64,000 nucleotides of DNA, from positions 28,121-92,120 of the IMG/VR virus record IMGVR_UViG_3300004369_000005; one strand, 5' to 3'. Source of the DNA: a virus. Below the pieces are notes generated by a model, which was given only the letters and a program-made list of their open reading frames with translations, was not told where the DNA came from and made no database searches. This document shows positions 28,327 through 36,445 of the stretch, piece by piece. Position 1 is the stretch's first letter. Each line of letters opens with the position of its first letter. The position numbers were made by a program, and so were the translations under genes.

Positions 28327-28879
28327 GATTGTAATTTTCCTCTTTAAATTGACACCATCCTGTTGCAATAAACTTAGTTGATGTTGTTGGTGTTACACCT
28401 TTATGTGGGTGAGTCCAGTATGCAGGCCATATTGCCATCATACCTTGTCTTGCACGTAGTTTCATGTTTTGGTATGGAAACTCTGTCCCTTCATTACAAG
28501 TATTAAGATAGATCATCCATGCAATATGTCTACGTGGATGATAGGATGAGTATTCACAATGAGGGGAGAAATAACCTTCACCTTCATTATAACGTTGAAT
28601 ATTATAATAGGGGCAGATTTCCCATGGTTCAATCTGTTCTAGGAAGTGATACTTATTAACATAGTTTTGTATCCCTTTCACAACAGCAGGATAGATGAAT
28701 GAGTTGTACTGAATGAATTCAGTTTGGAAGAAGTTAGCATGAAGATCAGTAGAGAGTTTATACTCTGGGTTGACTTCATCATGATTAATTGCACCAGGAA
28801 CTGTACGCTTATCCTTTTGGAATAGCGCACAGCAGGTAGCAGCATCATAGTCTTCCATTACCTTGTAGAGTTCAATCAT
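28319..28879 (-). CDS. 2OG-Fe(II) oxygenase
   Basis: YNIQRY...HCE...AWMIYLN...GTEF...IWPAYWTHPHKG...KFIATGW. Confidence 0.85.
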   Translation of the reverse strand: MIELYKVMEDYDAATCCALFQKDKRTVPGAINHDEVNPEYKLSTDLHANFFQTEFIQYNSFIYPAVVKGIQNYVNKYHFLEQIEPWEICPYYNIQRYNEGEGYFSPHCEYSSYHPRRHIAWMIYLNTCNEGTEFPYQNMKLRARQGMMAIWPAYWTHPHKGVTPTTSTKFIATGWCQFKEENYNHD

Positions 28880-29252
28880 CAGTCAAATGATCGACACATG
28901 CTAATTTCTCAAGAACTTCTTGATTATGTTTTTCGAGAGCACATGGCATTGCTTCTTTGAGTGCTTCTGTTACATTCTCTTTAAATGAACGATACGGAAT
29001 GAAGATATCATCATCCTCAGTCTTATAGTCTGGATGATTCTCTTTAAACTGACGCTCTACCTCATACACAAGATTAGACACAATGTCATTAATGACTTCC
29101 ATTGTGTGTGGTTGAAGTTGATCCCAGAGGTATCCAGGGAGCAGATCATCCTTGACACGATCTAGCATTGCTTTTTTACATTGCCATTGATCGTCAAAGA
29201 TGTTGAGAAACTCTTGCCAATCGTCTTGAGATTTAAAGTTGGGAATACTCAT
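28872..29252 (-). CDS. hypothetical protein
   Basis: 126-aa ORF in a coupled run. Confidence 0.7.
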   Translation of the reverse strand: MSIPNFKSQDDWQEFLNIFDDQWQCKKAMLDRVKDDLLPGYLWDQLQPHTMEVINDIVSNLVYEVERQFKENHPDYKTEDDDIFIPYRSFKENVTEALKEAMPCALEKHNQEVLEKLACVDHLTDD

Positions 29253-29407
29253 TTGTTTTTAGGGCAATTGTGTTGTAAATTGTGTTGAATCATTGTGAGT
29301 GCTGAATTAATATCAAGGGCATAATCTTCATAGATCCAATCTCCTACCGTGATAGTGTAATACACCAAACATTTAGGATTTGATTGGCGAATTGTAATAT
29401 CAATCAT
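29249..29407 (-). CDS. small hypothetical protein (52 aa; not in ORF track)
   Basis: MIDITIRQSNPKCLVYYTI...; ATGA overlaps on both sides. Confidence 0.55.
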   Translation of the reverse strand: MIDITIRQSNPKCLVYYTITVGDWIYEDYALDINSALTMIQHNLQHNCPKNK

Positions 29408-29637
29408 TTGTTCTTCTCACAATAAAGGAAATACTTGTATTCTGCGACTTGATGTGGTGCGTATCTAATTATATCACATTCTTTGTACTTGTCAACCACC
29501 TCAAATGATGATTCATTGATTGGTGTGTCATTCATTGATAAGACTGCAATGATTAACATAACAGTACCTAGAACACCAAGAGTAAGTGCTACACCATTAC
29601 GAAACTCTTTGAAAGCATACTTGTCATCTTCAGTCAT
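29404..29637 (-). CDS. hypothetical membrane protein
   Basis: TM segment GVALTLGVLGTVMLIIAVL; FEVVDKYKECDIIRY. Confidence 0.7.
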   Translation of the reverse strand: MTEDDKYAFKEFRNGVALTLGVLGTVMLIIAVLSMNDTPINESSFEVVDKYKECDIIRYAPHQVAEYKYFLYCEKNK

Positions 29638-29812
29638 AAGGTTGCTGGGGGTCTTTCTTCCAGGTATCAGTATAGCACAACCATGGTTCTAGTTTGGGTG
29701 ACATTTCAGCAGTCCAATGATAACCATTTACATCAATGGCATCTAGGTAATGAATACGAGTCTTTGGGTCAATGACTCGTGAGATTGTCACAAATTTGGT
29801 TCTTTCCATCAT
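29630..29812 (-). CDS. hypothetical protein
   Basis: 60-aa ORF coupled to neighbours. Confidence 0.65.
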   Translation of the reverse strand: MMERTKFVTISRVIDPKTRIHYLDAIDVNGYHWTAEMSPKLEPWLCYTDTWKKDPQQPYD

Positions 29813-29997
29813 TCAAACCCCTCTACTGGATATTGTTGTGGTTTATCTTTCCATTCAGTGATAGCCATGACGAGATCAATGAGTGAAGCATCTTTACCTT
29901 TGTAGGATGCGGCACAGAATACATCATCCCACCAATCTGCTACAATATCATACAATTCTTGTTGTTCTTCAGTCATGATCGTCCTCGTAAATTCCAT
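29809..29997 (-). CDS. hypothetical protein
   Basis: 62-aa ORF. Confidence 0.6.
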   Translation of the reverse strand: MEFTRTIMTEEQQELYDIVADWWDDVFCAASYKGKDASLIDLVMAITEWKDKPQQYPVEGFE

Positions 29998-30176
29998 GGG
30001 TCAACACCTTCTGGGATTGGGGAATTCCATAATCCTTCATCAGCATACATCTCATACCAACCATAGTTTAGTTCTCCAAAAAATGCAAGTCGGTCAATGT
30101 CATCATTATACTCACTGAATCTGAAGTAAAACACATTACGCCAGTGCCAATAGGCATCACTAAACCATTCAGTCAT
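29973..30176 (-). CDS. hypothetical aromatic-rich protein
   Basis: MTEWFSDAYWHWRNVFYF; ATG at 30176. Confidence 0.6.
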   Translation of the reverse strand: MTEWFSDAYWHWRNVFYFRFSEYNDDIDRLAFFGELNYGWYEMYADEGLWNSPIPEGVDPWNLRGRS

Positions 30177-30555
30177 CTTCAGCAAGTCTCGTCATCGCAT
30201 CACCATTCTCTTCATAGAGTTTATCAAGTGCTTCCAATGCTTTTCTTTCTTGTTCGGACATTGACATGATTTTGTCAGCTCTATAATCGCCAGACTTCCA
30301 GCGACGATACCTTGCTAGATTGCGTCTATCAAAGTCTAGAACATCAAAGCGAAGTTCGAATCGTCTCCATCTAAAACAGAATCCAATGTCACGAGGACCA
30401 ATACCAATAATCAGGAAGGGAAACCATTCAAGAGGAGCAAAATCATCCCATTGAATACACATATCAATGAGAGCAAACTTACTAGAGATTGGAAGCAGTT
30501 GGAAATACCACTCACTCCCATAGTCTTCGTAATAGAGGTAATCAAAGAGTTTCAT
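30169..30555 (-). CDS. hypothetical protein
   Basis: MKLFDYLYYEDYGSEWYFQL; ATG at 30555. Confidence 0.65.
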   Translation of the reverse strand: MKLFDYLYYEDYGSEWYFQLLPISSKFALIDMCIQWDDFAPLEWFPFLIIGIGPRDIGFCFRWRRFELRFDVLDFDRRNLARYRRWKSGDYRADKIMSMSEQERKALEALDKLYEENGDAMTRLAEDD

Positions 30556-30724
30556 TGGAATAATATACTTTAAGGTTGTCTCCACCAATATTCAGATGGT
30601 AAATTGTACCATCATTACCGTAGATGCCAATCCATACATGGCGTCCCTCTTCCATAGTTTCGTAGTGAAACATTCTAACATCTTCGAGCACAATTTCGTC
30701 TGGGTTTGTAGTAAATCTACTCAT
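30542..30724 (-). CDS. hypothetical protein
   Basis: NPDEIVLEDVRMFHYETMEEGRHVWIGIY. Confidence 0.65.
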   Translation of the reverse strand: MSRFTTNPDEIVLEDVRMFHYETMEEGRHVWIGIYGNDGTIYHLNIGGDNLKVYYSNETL

Positions 30725-31188
30725 GCTACTCCATTAGCACTATCAGCTAATGCTTCCATGTCAGAATGTCCCCATGGTGGCATATGATCGCCTTTGATCT
30801 TGGGTTCACTACCAAAGTTCTTCTCATAATGAGCGTTCATCTTAGCCCATTCTGCATCACGCTTCATAAACTCCTGGTATTTCTTCTCCAGGTCCTCATC
30901 CATGGTGAGTTCATACTCTTTACAGACCTTACGCTGATCTTCCTCACGCACACAGTCATTGAATACCAATGACATAGCACCAGAGCGAATAGATTGTGGG
31001 TCCATGCCTACACATAGCATGAACTTCTCAAATAACTTGAAATACTGCTTGCAGTTGAGGTCTGCTGCTGGTGCAGTGATAAGATAATGCTCTTCAGGGA
31101 TAAAATCATCATCAGTCCAGGATGATGTACCATACGTGGGAGTGAACGTAGCATCAAACTTAAATTGTACTTCTGCTTCGTAGGTCAT
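30721..31188 (-). CDS. hypothetical protein
   Basis: 155-aa ORF coupled to neighbours. Confidence 0.7.
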   Translation of the reverse strand: MTYEAEVQFKFDATFTPTYGTSSWTDDDFIPEEHYLITAPAADLNCKQYFKLFEKFMLCVGMDPQSIRSGAMSLVFNDCVREEDQRKVCKEYELTMDEDLEKKYQEFMKRDAEWAKMNAHYEKNFGSEPKIKGDHMPPWGHSDMEALADSANGVA

Positions 31189-31352
31189 TGGTCGTTCTCG
31201 TCAGGATTCTTAGGGTTTGCGAATGTACCGTAGTTGTAAGTATAGTAGAGAAAGTTGTTGATGCTACGCTCGATGCCTAGCGATTCTTTTACATCCAACC
31301 ATGACTGATATTCTAGTTGGAGATCTTCACCCAATTCAATTGTGACTTCCAT
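31185..31352 (-). CDS. small hypothetical protein (55 aa; not in ORF track)
   Basis: MEVTIELGEDLQLEYQSWLDVKESLGIERSINNFLYY. Confidence 0.6.
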   Translation of the reverse strand: MEVTIELGEDLQLEYQSWLDVKESLGIERSINNFLYYTYNYGTFANPKNPDENDQ

Positions 31353-31355
31353 AGT

Positions 31356-31739
31356 TTATTTGCCAGTATACTGATAGCACTTGTAGTTTGGATGATAACG
31401 ATCAATATATTTCTGTGCGTGTTCGATACAGGTAAACCAACACTTTTTCTTCTCAGTAAGATCCTCAAGGAAAATGGGGAAAGTTGTCAGGTGGGGAAAC
31501 TGTTCGATCTTTCTGCTGTTCGTTACCTTGATCTCTTGTTTGGAGGAACTTTTCCGCGTTGTTGATGTCTTGCTGGATTTCTTCTGCGGACTGGTCGATG
31601 ATATACTCTTTGATTGCGTCTTCTTTGACGCTGTACCAGTCGTGAGTTTGCTCGTGTTCTTCTTCAGTGCTGCTGCTGTCTTCGACTCTACGGATGATGA
31701 TCGTGTTGTTGTCTTGGATGTCCCACTCGATGATGTCAT
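31356..31739 (-). CDS. hypothetical protein with K/S/T-rich N-terminus, overlapping the AbrB-like gene
   Basis: C-terminal FPHLTTFPIFLEDLTEKKKCWFTCIEHAQKYIDRY looks coding; nearest in-frame ATG is 31739. Confidence 0.5.
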   Translation of the reverse strand: MTSSSGTSKTTTRSSSVESKTAAALKKNTSKLTTGTASKKTQSKSISSTSPQKKSSKTSTTRKSSSKQEIKVTNSRKIEQFPHLTTFPIFLEDLTEKKKCWFTCIEHAQKYIDRYHPNYKCYQYTGK

Positions 31740-31854
31740 CTTCTTCCCAACCGAGTTCTTGCATGAGTTCTTCTGGGAATTCGACGAAGAGGTCTTCTGA
31801 GTCTTCATACTGTTGCACTTCAAGGGTAAACTTATTTGATGTATCCATTTTCAC
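31465..31854 (-). CDS. AbrB/MazE/SpoVT-like DNA-binding protein
   Basis: DLFVEFPEELMQELGWEEDDIIEWDIQDNNTIIIRRV. Confidence 0.65.
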   Translation of the reverse strand: MKMDTSNKFTLEVQQYEDSEDLFVEFPEELMQELGWEEDDIIEWDIQDNNTIIIRRVEDSSSTEEEHEQTHDWYSVKEDAIKEYIIDQSAEEIQQDINNAEKFLQTRDQGNEQQKDRTVSPPDNFPHFP

Positions 31855-32512
31855 GTAGCCACTCTCCTGTCAATGGTGTTGGTTTGTAAGTAGTCCACAT
31901 TGTACCAGCAGCACATGCTTCTAGTGCTTTTTGTGTCATTCCCTCTGTTCTACCAGCCCAGGATGCCTCTGCCTCCCAAGGCACAGCAGATGCAGGATAT
32001 GTACGCTCTGCCAGTGTACGCCATAGAATAGGCACAGATTCTTCAGGCATAATGATAGCAATCATGCTATTGTCGATGCTACCTGCCATACAGTCTTGTG
32101 CTGCGTGCCATCCTTCATGACGCATTACTGCCATCAGTGTGCCAGGATGATCCATGTACTTCTTATTGAGATAGAAGTTGTTTGACACTGTGTGGTAGAC
32201 TCCACGATGTCCGACTGGGAAATAACGCTCATCAGCAAGATATACTTTCACACCAATGTCATTCAGTGTGGAGAGCATGTTGTTGAACTCTTGTGCTACT
32301 ATCGTAAACTCTTCCATGTTATCATAATTGGAAGAGATGTCTAGCATAGAATAGACTTCCTTAACATCTTTGGTACACTCACGGAGCAACATACACCCCA
32401 TTGCGTCCATGCTGTAGAATCCTTTGGTAATCTTGTCCTCATTAGCAAGGGCAACATGTGCTGTGCCTAGACTAACAGCAGTGAGGAGCGCAAGGAGTGT
32501 TTGTTTCATCAT
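31832..32512 (-). CDS. secreted zincin-like metallopeptidase
   Basis: Signal peptide MKQTLLALLTAVSLGTAHVALA; HExxH motif RHEGWHAAQ; downstream WEAEA. Confidence 0.6.
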   Translation of the reverse strand: MMKQTLLALLTAVSLGTAHVALANEDKITKGFYSMDAMGCMLLRECTKDVKEVYSMLDISSNYDNMEEFTIVAQEFNNMLSTLNDIGVKVYLADERYFPVGHRGVYHTVSNNFYLNKKYMDHPGTLMAVMRHEGWHAAQDCMAGSIDNSMIAIIMPEESVPILWRTLAERTYPASAVPWEAEASWAGRTEGMTQKALEACAAGTMWTTYKPTPLTGEWLRENGYIK

Positions 32513-32625
32513 GATTGGAGTGGTTCAGTCTTACGTTTTTCTTGGATAGCAGCAAATAGTTCTGCTTGACGTGCGTCGTCTTGATCTACAACTGCTTGCA
32601 TAAAGTCAGCTACTAGTTGACGCAT
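32509..32625 (-). CDS. small hypothetical protein (38 aa; not in ORF track)
   Basis: MRQLVADFMQAVVDQDDARQAELFAAIQEK...; fills the gap and is ATGA-coupled. Confidence 0.5.
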   Translation of the reverse strand: MRQLVADFMQAVVDQDDARQAELFAAIQEKRKTEPLQS

Positions 32626-32629
32626 CTCT

Positions 32630-32845
32630 TCAGAGATCGAAGGTTGTTCTGAGTTCATCGTAATCTGTGTAAAGGGTTTCTTCTGACTCGTGATTCTCAG
32701 GATCTAACCACTCAAACCACTCATCTGCAAAGGCAATAGCATCATCATTACGATCTTCTGCAATCAACTCACGGAAACGTTCTACTACCCAACCACAAAT
32801 ATCGTCACGTTGTTCGGAAATGCGAAGTGCATCAAGGTTATTCAT
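32630..32845 (-). CDS. hypothetical protein
   Basis: 71-aa ORF. Confidence 0.65.
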   Translation of the reverse strand: MNNLDALRISEQRDDICGWVVERFRELIAEDRNDDAIAFADEWFEWLDPENHESEETLYTDYDELRTTFDL

Positions 32846-33090
32846 AGTTTGTTAGCGAAGAGAACGTTGTTGAGGTGGTCGTACTGGATGAATTCTACAT
32901 CATCAGGGAGCATAGAGACAGCAGCAGCGGCAAAATCGTTAGGAAACTTCTTGAATAAGCGCCAGAACTTTTGAATGCCGTCGTAGTCTAGATCTTCATG
33001 TGGAAGGACACGAATCTCCCATGAACCACGAGTGTATCGGTTAGGATACGGGTTAATGTACTCGCGGATGTGCTCTTGTAGCAAATTCAT
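32842..33090 (-). CDS. hypothetical protein
   Basis: 82-aa ORF coupled to neighbours. Confidence 0.65.
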   Translation of the reverse strand: MNLLQEHIREYINPYPNRYTRGSWEIRVLPHEDLDYDGIQKFWRLFKKFPNDFAAAAVSMLPDDVEFIQYDHLNNVLFANKL

Positions 33091-33314
33091 TTGACAAATA
33101 CCTCAGAGGAGTGTTCCTGGTGCAGTTGTGCTGCCTGCTTCAAATAATAGCACATATGCGCTACATATTCAACGTCTTCGTCACAAGGTTCGAAATCGTA
33201 AGCACAATTCCAATCGACAGTGCCGTCAGCATTAACTGGCGCACCGTAGAAATCATCACCATCGAGGGCAAAAGCATGATCGTCAGCAACAAGATAGAAC
33301 TGAGGAGCAGACAT
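33087..33314 (-). CDS. hypothetical protein
   Basis: 75-aa ORF following a sigma70-like promoter. Confidence 0.65.
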   Translation of the reverse strand: MSAPQFYLVADDHAFALDGDDFYGAPVNADGTVDWNCAYDFEPCDEDVEYVAHMCYYLKQAAQLHQEHSSEVFVK

Positions 33315-33337
33315 TGGAGGAGAAGCGAAGGAACTAC

Positions 33338-33366
33338 AGTGTACTATGTATGTTAGAGAGTGTCAA
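33338..33366 (-). promoter_or_regulatory. sigma70-like promoter
   Basis: TTGACA (33361-33366), 17-nt spacer, TACACT (33338-33343). Confidence 0.7.
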
Positions 33367-33370
33367 GGGG

Positions 33371-33751
33371 TCACTTCATGTAAAGATAACCGCCCGCCCA
33401 GTCTGCATTCTCAAGCAACCACTCGCGGTCCTTAATCAGGCAGAGGTTAAAGCGAACATGCTTAGCAGGTGCTTTAAATGATGCTGGTTTGTATACTTCA
33501 CCAGTCTTCTTGTCAACAAAAGCATGAACGGAGCGAGAACCGTTAGCATCCATGATGATCTTGTGATACTTGCGACCAGATTCAATGTAGAACTTGTAGT
33601 CGCTGCTGGTGTGGCGGGACTTGTAGTTATCCAGCAGAGCATCACACAGCATCAGAGTCCACTTGCGGATGTTAAGTTCGATGGTGTTGCGAGCATCAGC
33701 GGTGGCGCAGAACTCAGCGAAGGTTTCGGACTTGGTGATGGTGGCAGTCAT
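33371..33751 (-). CDS. conserved phage early protein
   Basis: GRKYHKII...SVHAFVDKKTGEVYKPASFKAPAKHVRFNL; start MTATITK after the promoter at 33773. Confidence 0.75.
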   Translation of the reverse strand: MTATITKSETFAEFCATADARNTIELNIRKWTLMLCDALLDNYKSRHTSSDYKFYIESGRKYHKIIMDANGSRSVHAFVDKKTGEVYKPASFKAPAKHVRFNLCLIKDREWLLENADWAGGYLYMK

Positions 33752-33772
33752 GTCGTTGTCTGAACTGATGTC

Positions 33773-33833
33773 AGTATAGATGGTCTTGGTGGGGTTTGGG
33801 AGAGAGATCATGCCACTTCCGCAGCTGGCACAC
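33773..33833 (-). promoter_or_regulatory. early promoter
   Basis: AGTATA at 33773-33778; TGCCACTT-CCGC-AGCTGGCACAC upstream. Confidence 0.7.
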
Positions 33834-34014
33834 GGGACACGGTGAGACGCTTGAAGTTATACTCGCGCCAGGCATCACATGCCTCGTTCACCATGCGATT
33901 GTGCTGACGATCCATGCCCTTTGCCGTCTTGCAACGCTTGACCTTACGGAAATACACGATGGGGATCTCGGTCTCGGGCATGTCGATCTCGATCTTGTAG
34001 TGAGAGTAGGTCAT
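33808..34014 (-). CDS. hypothetical early protein
   Basis: 68-aa ORF following the promoter at 34040. Confidence 0.7.
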   Translation of the reverse strand: MTYSHYKIEIDMPETEIPIVYFRKVKRCKTAKGMDRQHNRMVNEACDAWREYNFKRLTVSRVPAAEVA

Positions 34015-34039
34015 GGGTGGTTCCCTTGTCGATGTCCTT

Positions 34040-34098
34040 AGTATAGGGCTCAGGAGAGCAGTTCGAGCACCTCGTGGGACAGTTCCTCAACTGGCATA
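34040..34098 (-). promoter_or_regulatory. early promoter
   Basis: AGTATA at 34040-34045; GGGACAGTT-CCTC-AACTGGCA upstream. Confidence 0.75.
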
Positions 34099-34167
34099 TC
34101 GCGTTCGATCTCGATCACATCGTATTCTTCATCGAGTTGATCCAGGAGCCAGCGGTCGAGCATAACT

Positions 34168-34413
34168 TCATTCATCATTGTCTTGTTTGATAATTTTGTC
34201 GTAGTTGAGATTAGCATGGTATACGTCATTGAATCTGACGCATACTTCCTTGAGAGCGGGATCTTGTTTAGGCACAGGTTTGTGCCCGACAGAGCGTAAT
34301 TGTCGCCACGTCATGACAGTATCATGAGGACGTTGTGCTTTGTAAAATGGTTCTAGCGCAGCATACTCACGAACTGTGAGTGTATGACGTGGCGGTAAAG
34401 AACCTTGTGTCAT
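34168..34413 (-). CDS. hypothetical protein
   Basis: 81-aa ORF. Confidence 0.65.
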   Translation of the reverse strand: MTQGSLPPRHTLTVREYAALEPFYKAQRPHDTVMTWRQLRSVGHKPVPKQDPALKEVCVRFNDVYHANLNYDKIIKQDNDE

Positions 34414-34547
34414 ACTTCTAAAAGCGAAAATTCAATGTGGTCGCAGCATGAATCATCATCATGCAAGTCAATCATGTCAGTGTCAGTGAGACAGGTGAGT
34501 TTACCGAAGAGAAAGTCGATGAATTCGTGATCTTCTTTAGAAAACAT
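34410..34547 (-). CDS. small acidic protein (45 aa; not in ORF track)
   Basis: MFSKEDHEFIDFLFGKLTCLTDTDMIDLHDDDSCCDH. Confidence 0.55.
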   Translation of the reverse strand: MFSKEDHEFIDFLFGKLTCLTDTDMIDLHDDDSCCDHIEFSLLEV

Positions 34548-34704
34548 TGGTCCAGCGAGTGTGGTTTGCTTTAGTGATACGTCCTTCTGTCAACATGTTA
34601 TCACACACATTACAGAAGACTTGAAACTTCTCTTCTCTTGTGAGTGTGTCAACACCATCACAAGTTTTCATAACCTTGAGAATGTATGCTTTGGTAGTAA
34701 TCAT
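34537..34704 (-). CDS. small hypothetical protein (55 aa; not in ORF track)
   Basis: MITTKAYILKVM...EEKFQVFCNVCDNMLTEGRITKANHTRWTNVF. Confidence 0.6.
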   Translation of the reverse strand: MITTKAYILKVMKTCDGVDTLTREEKFQVFCNVCDNMLTEGRITKANHTRWTNVF

Positions 34705-34856
34705 CAGAAGTTCAGGAGATAGGTGTTGTCAGGATAGATACCGAACTCTTCACAACGGCACTCGTAAGCAATACGCTTAAGCATCTCAATATCCATCTCT
34801 TCAATGGACTTGAGAATAGTGCGGCGCATCTGAGCGGTGATGGTGTCGTCTTTCAT
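34704..34856 (-). CDS. small hypothetical early protein (50 aa; not in ORF track)
   Basis: MKDDTITAQMRRTILKSIEEMDIEMLKRIAYECRCEE; follows the promoter at 34882. Confidence 0.6.
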   Translation of the reverse strand: MKDDTITAQMRRTILKSIEEMDIEMLKRIAYECRCEEFGIYPDNTYLLNF

Positions 34857-34881
34857 GGGTCGTTCCCTTGACTACCTTTGT

Positions 34882-34940
34882 AGTATAGAGTCAATCCATC
34901 TCACAGGCGAGGTATCCTAGACACTTTACCAAGTGTCCCT
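34882..34940 (-). promoter_or_regulatory. early promoter
   Basis: AGTATA at 34882-34887; GACACTT-TACC-AAGTGTC upstream. Confidence 0.75.
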
Positions 34941-35067
34941 CAACCTCAGTATCGGACAGACCATGGCGCAATGCTGTATCACGCACCATGGCAATGGGAG
35001 CACCCCACAGCAGGTCGATCAGGAACTTCAGTTCAGAGGCGGTCAGAGGGACTTCAGCGGTCTTCAT
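34891..35067 (-). CDS. small hypothetical protein (58 aa; not in ORF track)
   Basis: MKTAEVPLTASELKFLIDLLWGAP... Confidence 0.55.
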   Translation of the reverse strand: MKTAEVPLTASELKFLIDLLWGAPIAMVRDTALRHGLSDTEVEGHLVKCLGYLACEMD

Positions 35068-35111
35068 AGGTCACAGGGGTCAGAGGGGCATTACAGGCGC
35101 TTCTAGGTGCC

Positions 35112-35393
35112 TCAGACGAACGATAGGACACTAGGGCGCATGGGTTTTAGGATCTGCATGGCACTGTAGGGTGTGGTATCATGAATGTCAACCACATCTC
35201 CTATTTTCTTTGAGTTGATAGGTGCGTAGTATTTTTTTGTGCTGGGTTTGTAGAATCCCCAGATGGATTTAACTTGCTCGGAAGTGTAACTAAATTGATA
35301 GTGGTTAACAATCCAAATACGAACAATACCACGACTGGGAGTGTCATATTCGTAAGAATATCCTTTAGGCGGGACATGAGGGAACTCTAGCAT
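35112..35393 (-). CDS. conserved cyanophage hypothetical protein
   Basis: EFPHVPPKGYSYE...SIWGFY...YYAPINSKKIG. Confidence 0.7.
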   Translation of the reverse strand: MLEFPHVPPKGYSYEYDTPSRGIVRIWIVNHYQFSYTSEQVKSIWGFYKPSTKKYYAPINSKKIGDVVDIHDTTPYSAMQILKPMRPSVLSFV

Positions 35394-35635
35394 CAGCAGT
35401 AAACAGGAGAGTAATCTTTGCCAGTGTATGCTTCAGTGTTGAAATCAGTAACCTCAGCACCGTTGGCAAGATAGTTGCGGATGTCGTAGAGAGCGTCAGA
35501 CTTGACACGAGTGGTGAAAGAAGTCATCTGCTGAGAGAGTTCTTCAGTGGGGTGCCAGATCACACGCTTGACGAAACGCTTGCCACCAGCGACGGGGAAG
35601 AAGTCAACCTGGGTGGCAGAGGTTTGGAGTTGCAT
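35393..35635 (-). CDS. hypothetical early protein
   Basis: 80-aa ORF following the promoter at 35659. Confidence 0.7.
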   Translation of the reverse strand: MQLQTSATQVDFFPVAGGKRFVKRVIWHPTEELSQQMTSFTTRVKSDALYDIRNYLANGAEVTDFNTEAYTGKDYSPVYC

Positions 35636-35658
35636 GGGTGTCTCTCGATTACCTTGTA

Positions 35659-35717
35659 ATTATAGGGTGTGCTCCGCGCTTGCGGAGCGTGGCGCGGACA
35701 GTTTGCGAACTGTCACA
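35659..35717 (-). promoter_or_regulatory. early promoter with internal GC hairpin
   Basis: ATTATA at 35659-35664; hairpin GCTCCGC-GCTT-GCGGAGC at 35671-35688; GGACAGTT-TGCG-AACTGTCAC upstream. Confidence 0.75.
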
Positions 35718-36363
35718 CCAGTTTGTCGATGAGGAACTCTGAAAGAGCGGTCCAATCAGGACAGGTAACATCATGGCAGTAAGTCATACCAGCAGCATTA
35801 CCACGTTTTTGCTGAAGAATACGGAAGTCCCACTTATATTTGTCTTTGCGTGACTTGCTAGTAGAATTATCACGGAGAGTTGGTTTAGTACCAAAAACAG
35901 GATGCTGAGATTCAAAGAAAAGATCTTTCTTCTGGTCGAAAATAGTGATCCACACTGTATTATACTGAAAATCAATGAAAACCAGTTTATCACACGGATC
36001 ACCCTTACTGATAAGATTCTCGTGTTGCCAACTCTCACTCTTACCATAACGTGACGCTTTCACTTCAATACGAATTTTCTTACCTTTATGCGTAAACCAC
36101 AAATCGTATGTACCATCGCCTGCGTTGGTGTTTTTATCACCGTCCCACTGAATATCAAAGTAAGTAAGAGCACCGATAAGGTTATACAAATACATCTCAC
36201 CCCACTTACCAGTGTCATCTGCACCGCCACGAGTAGCAAGAAACTCAAAAGGAGAACCTACCCAATAGGTACGAGAAAGAATCTCCTCCTCCATAGTCTG
36301 CAAGGTGCTACTCAAAGCAGAATTTGCCTTATCAATATTTAATTGAAATTGTGTGGCGGTCAT
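35713..36363 (-). CDS. PD-(D/E)xK restriction-endonuclease-like protein
   Basis: TGKWGE...GTYDLWF...RIEVKAS; start MTATQF at 36363 after the promoter. Confidence 0.6.
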   Translation of the reverse strand: MTATQFQLNIDKANSALSSTLQTMEEEILSRTYWVGSPFEFLATRGGADDTGKWGEMYLYNLIGALTYFDIQWDGDKNTNAGDGTYDLWFTHKGKKIRIEVKASRYGKSESWQHENLISKGDPCDKLVFIDFQYNTVWITIFDQKKDLFFESQHPVFGTKPTLRDNSTSKSRKDKYKWDFRILQQKRGNAAGMTYCHDVTCPDWTALSEFLIDKLV

Positions 36364-36386
36364 GGGTGAATTGCTTTGATACAGAT

Positions 36387-36445
36387 AGTATGGCATGAAA
36401 AAGGGGTGCCGTCAAGCACCCCGAACCAGTTCCTCAACTGTCACC
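36387..36445 (-). promoter_or_regulatory. early promoter with -35 box in a stem-loop (PeSL-like)
   Basis: CATACT, 17-nt spacer, TTGACG located in the loop of GGGGTGC/GCACCCC; followed upstream by CAGTT-CCTC-AACTGTCAC. Confidence 0.75.
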
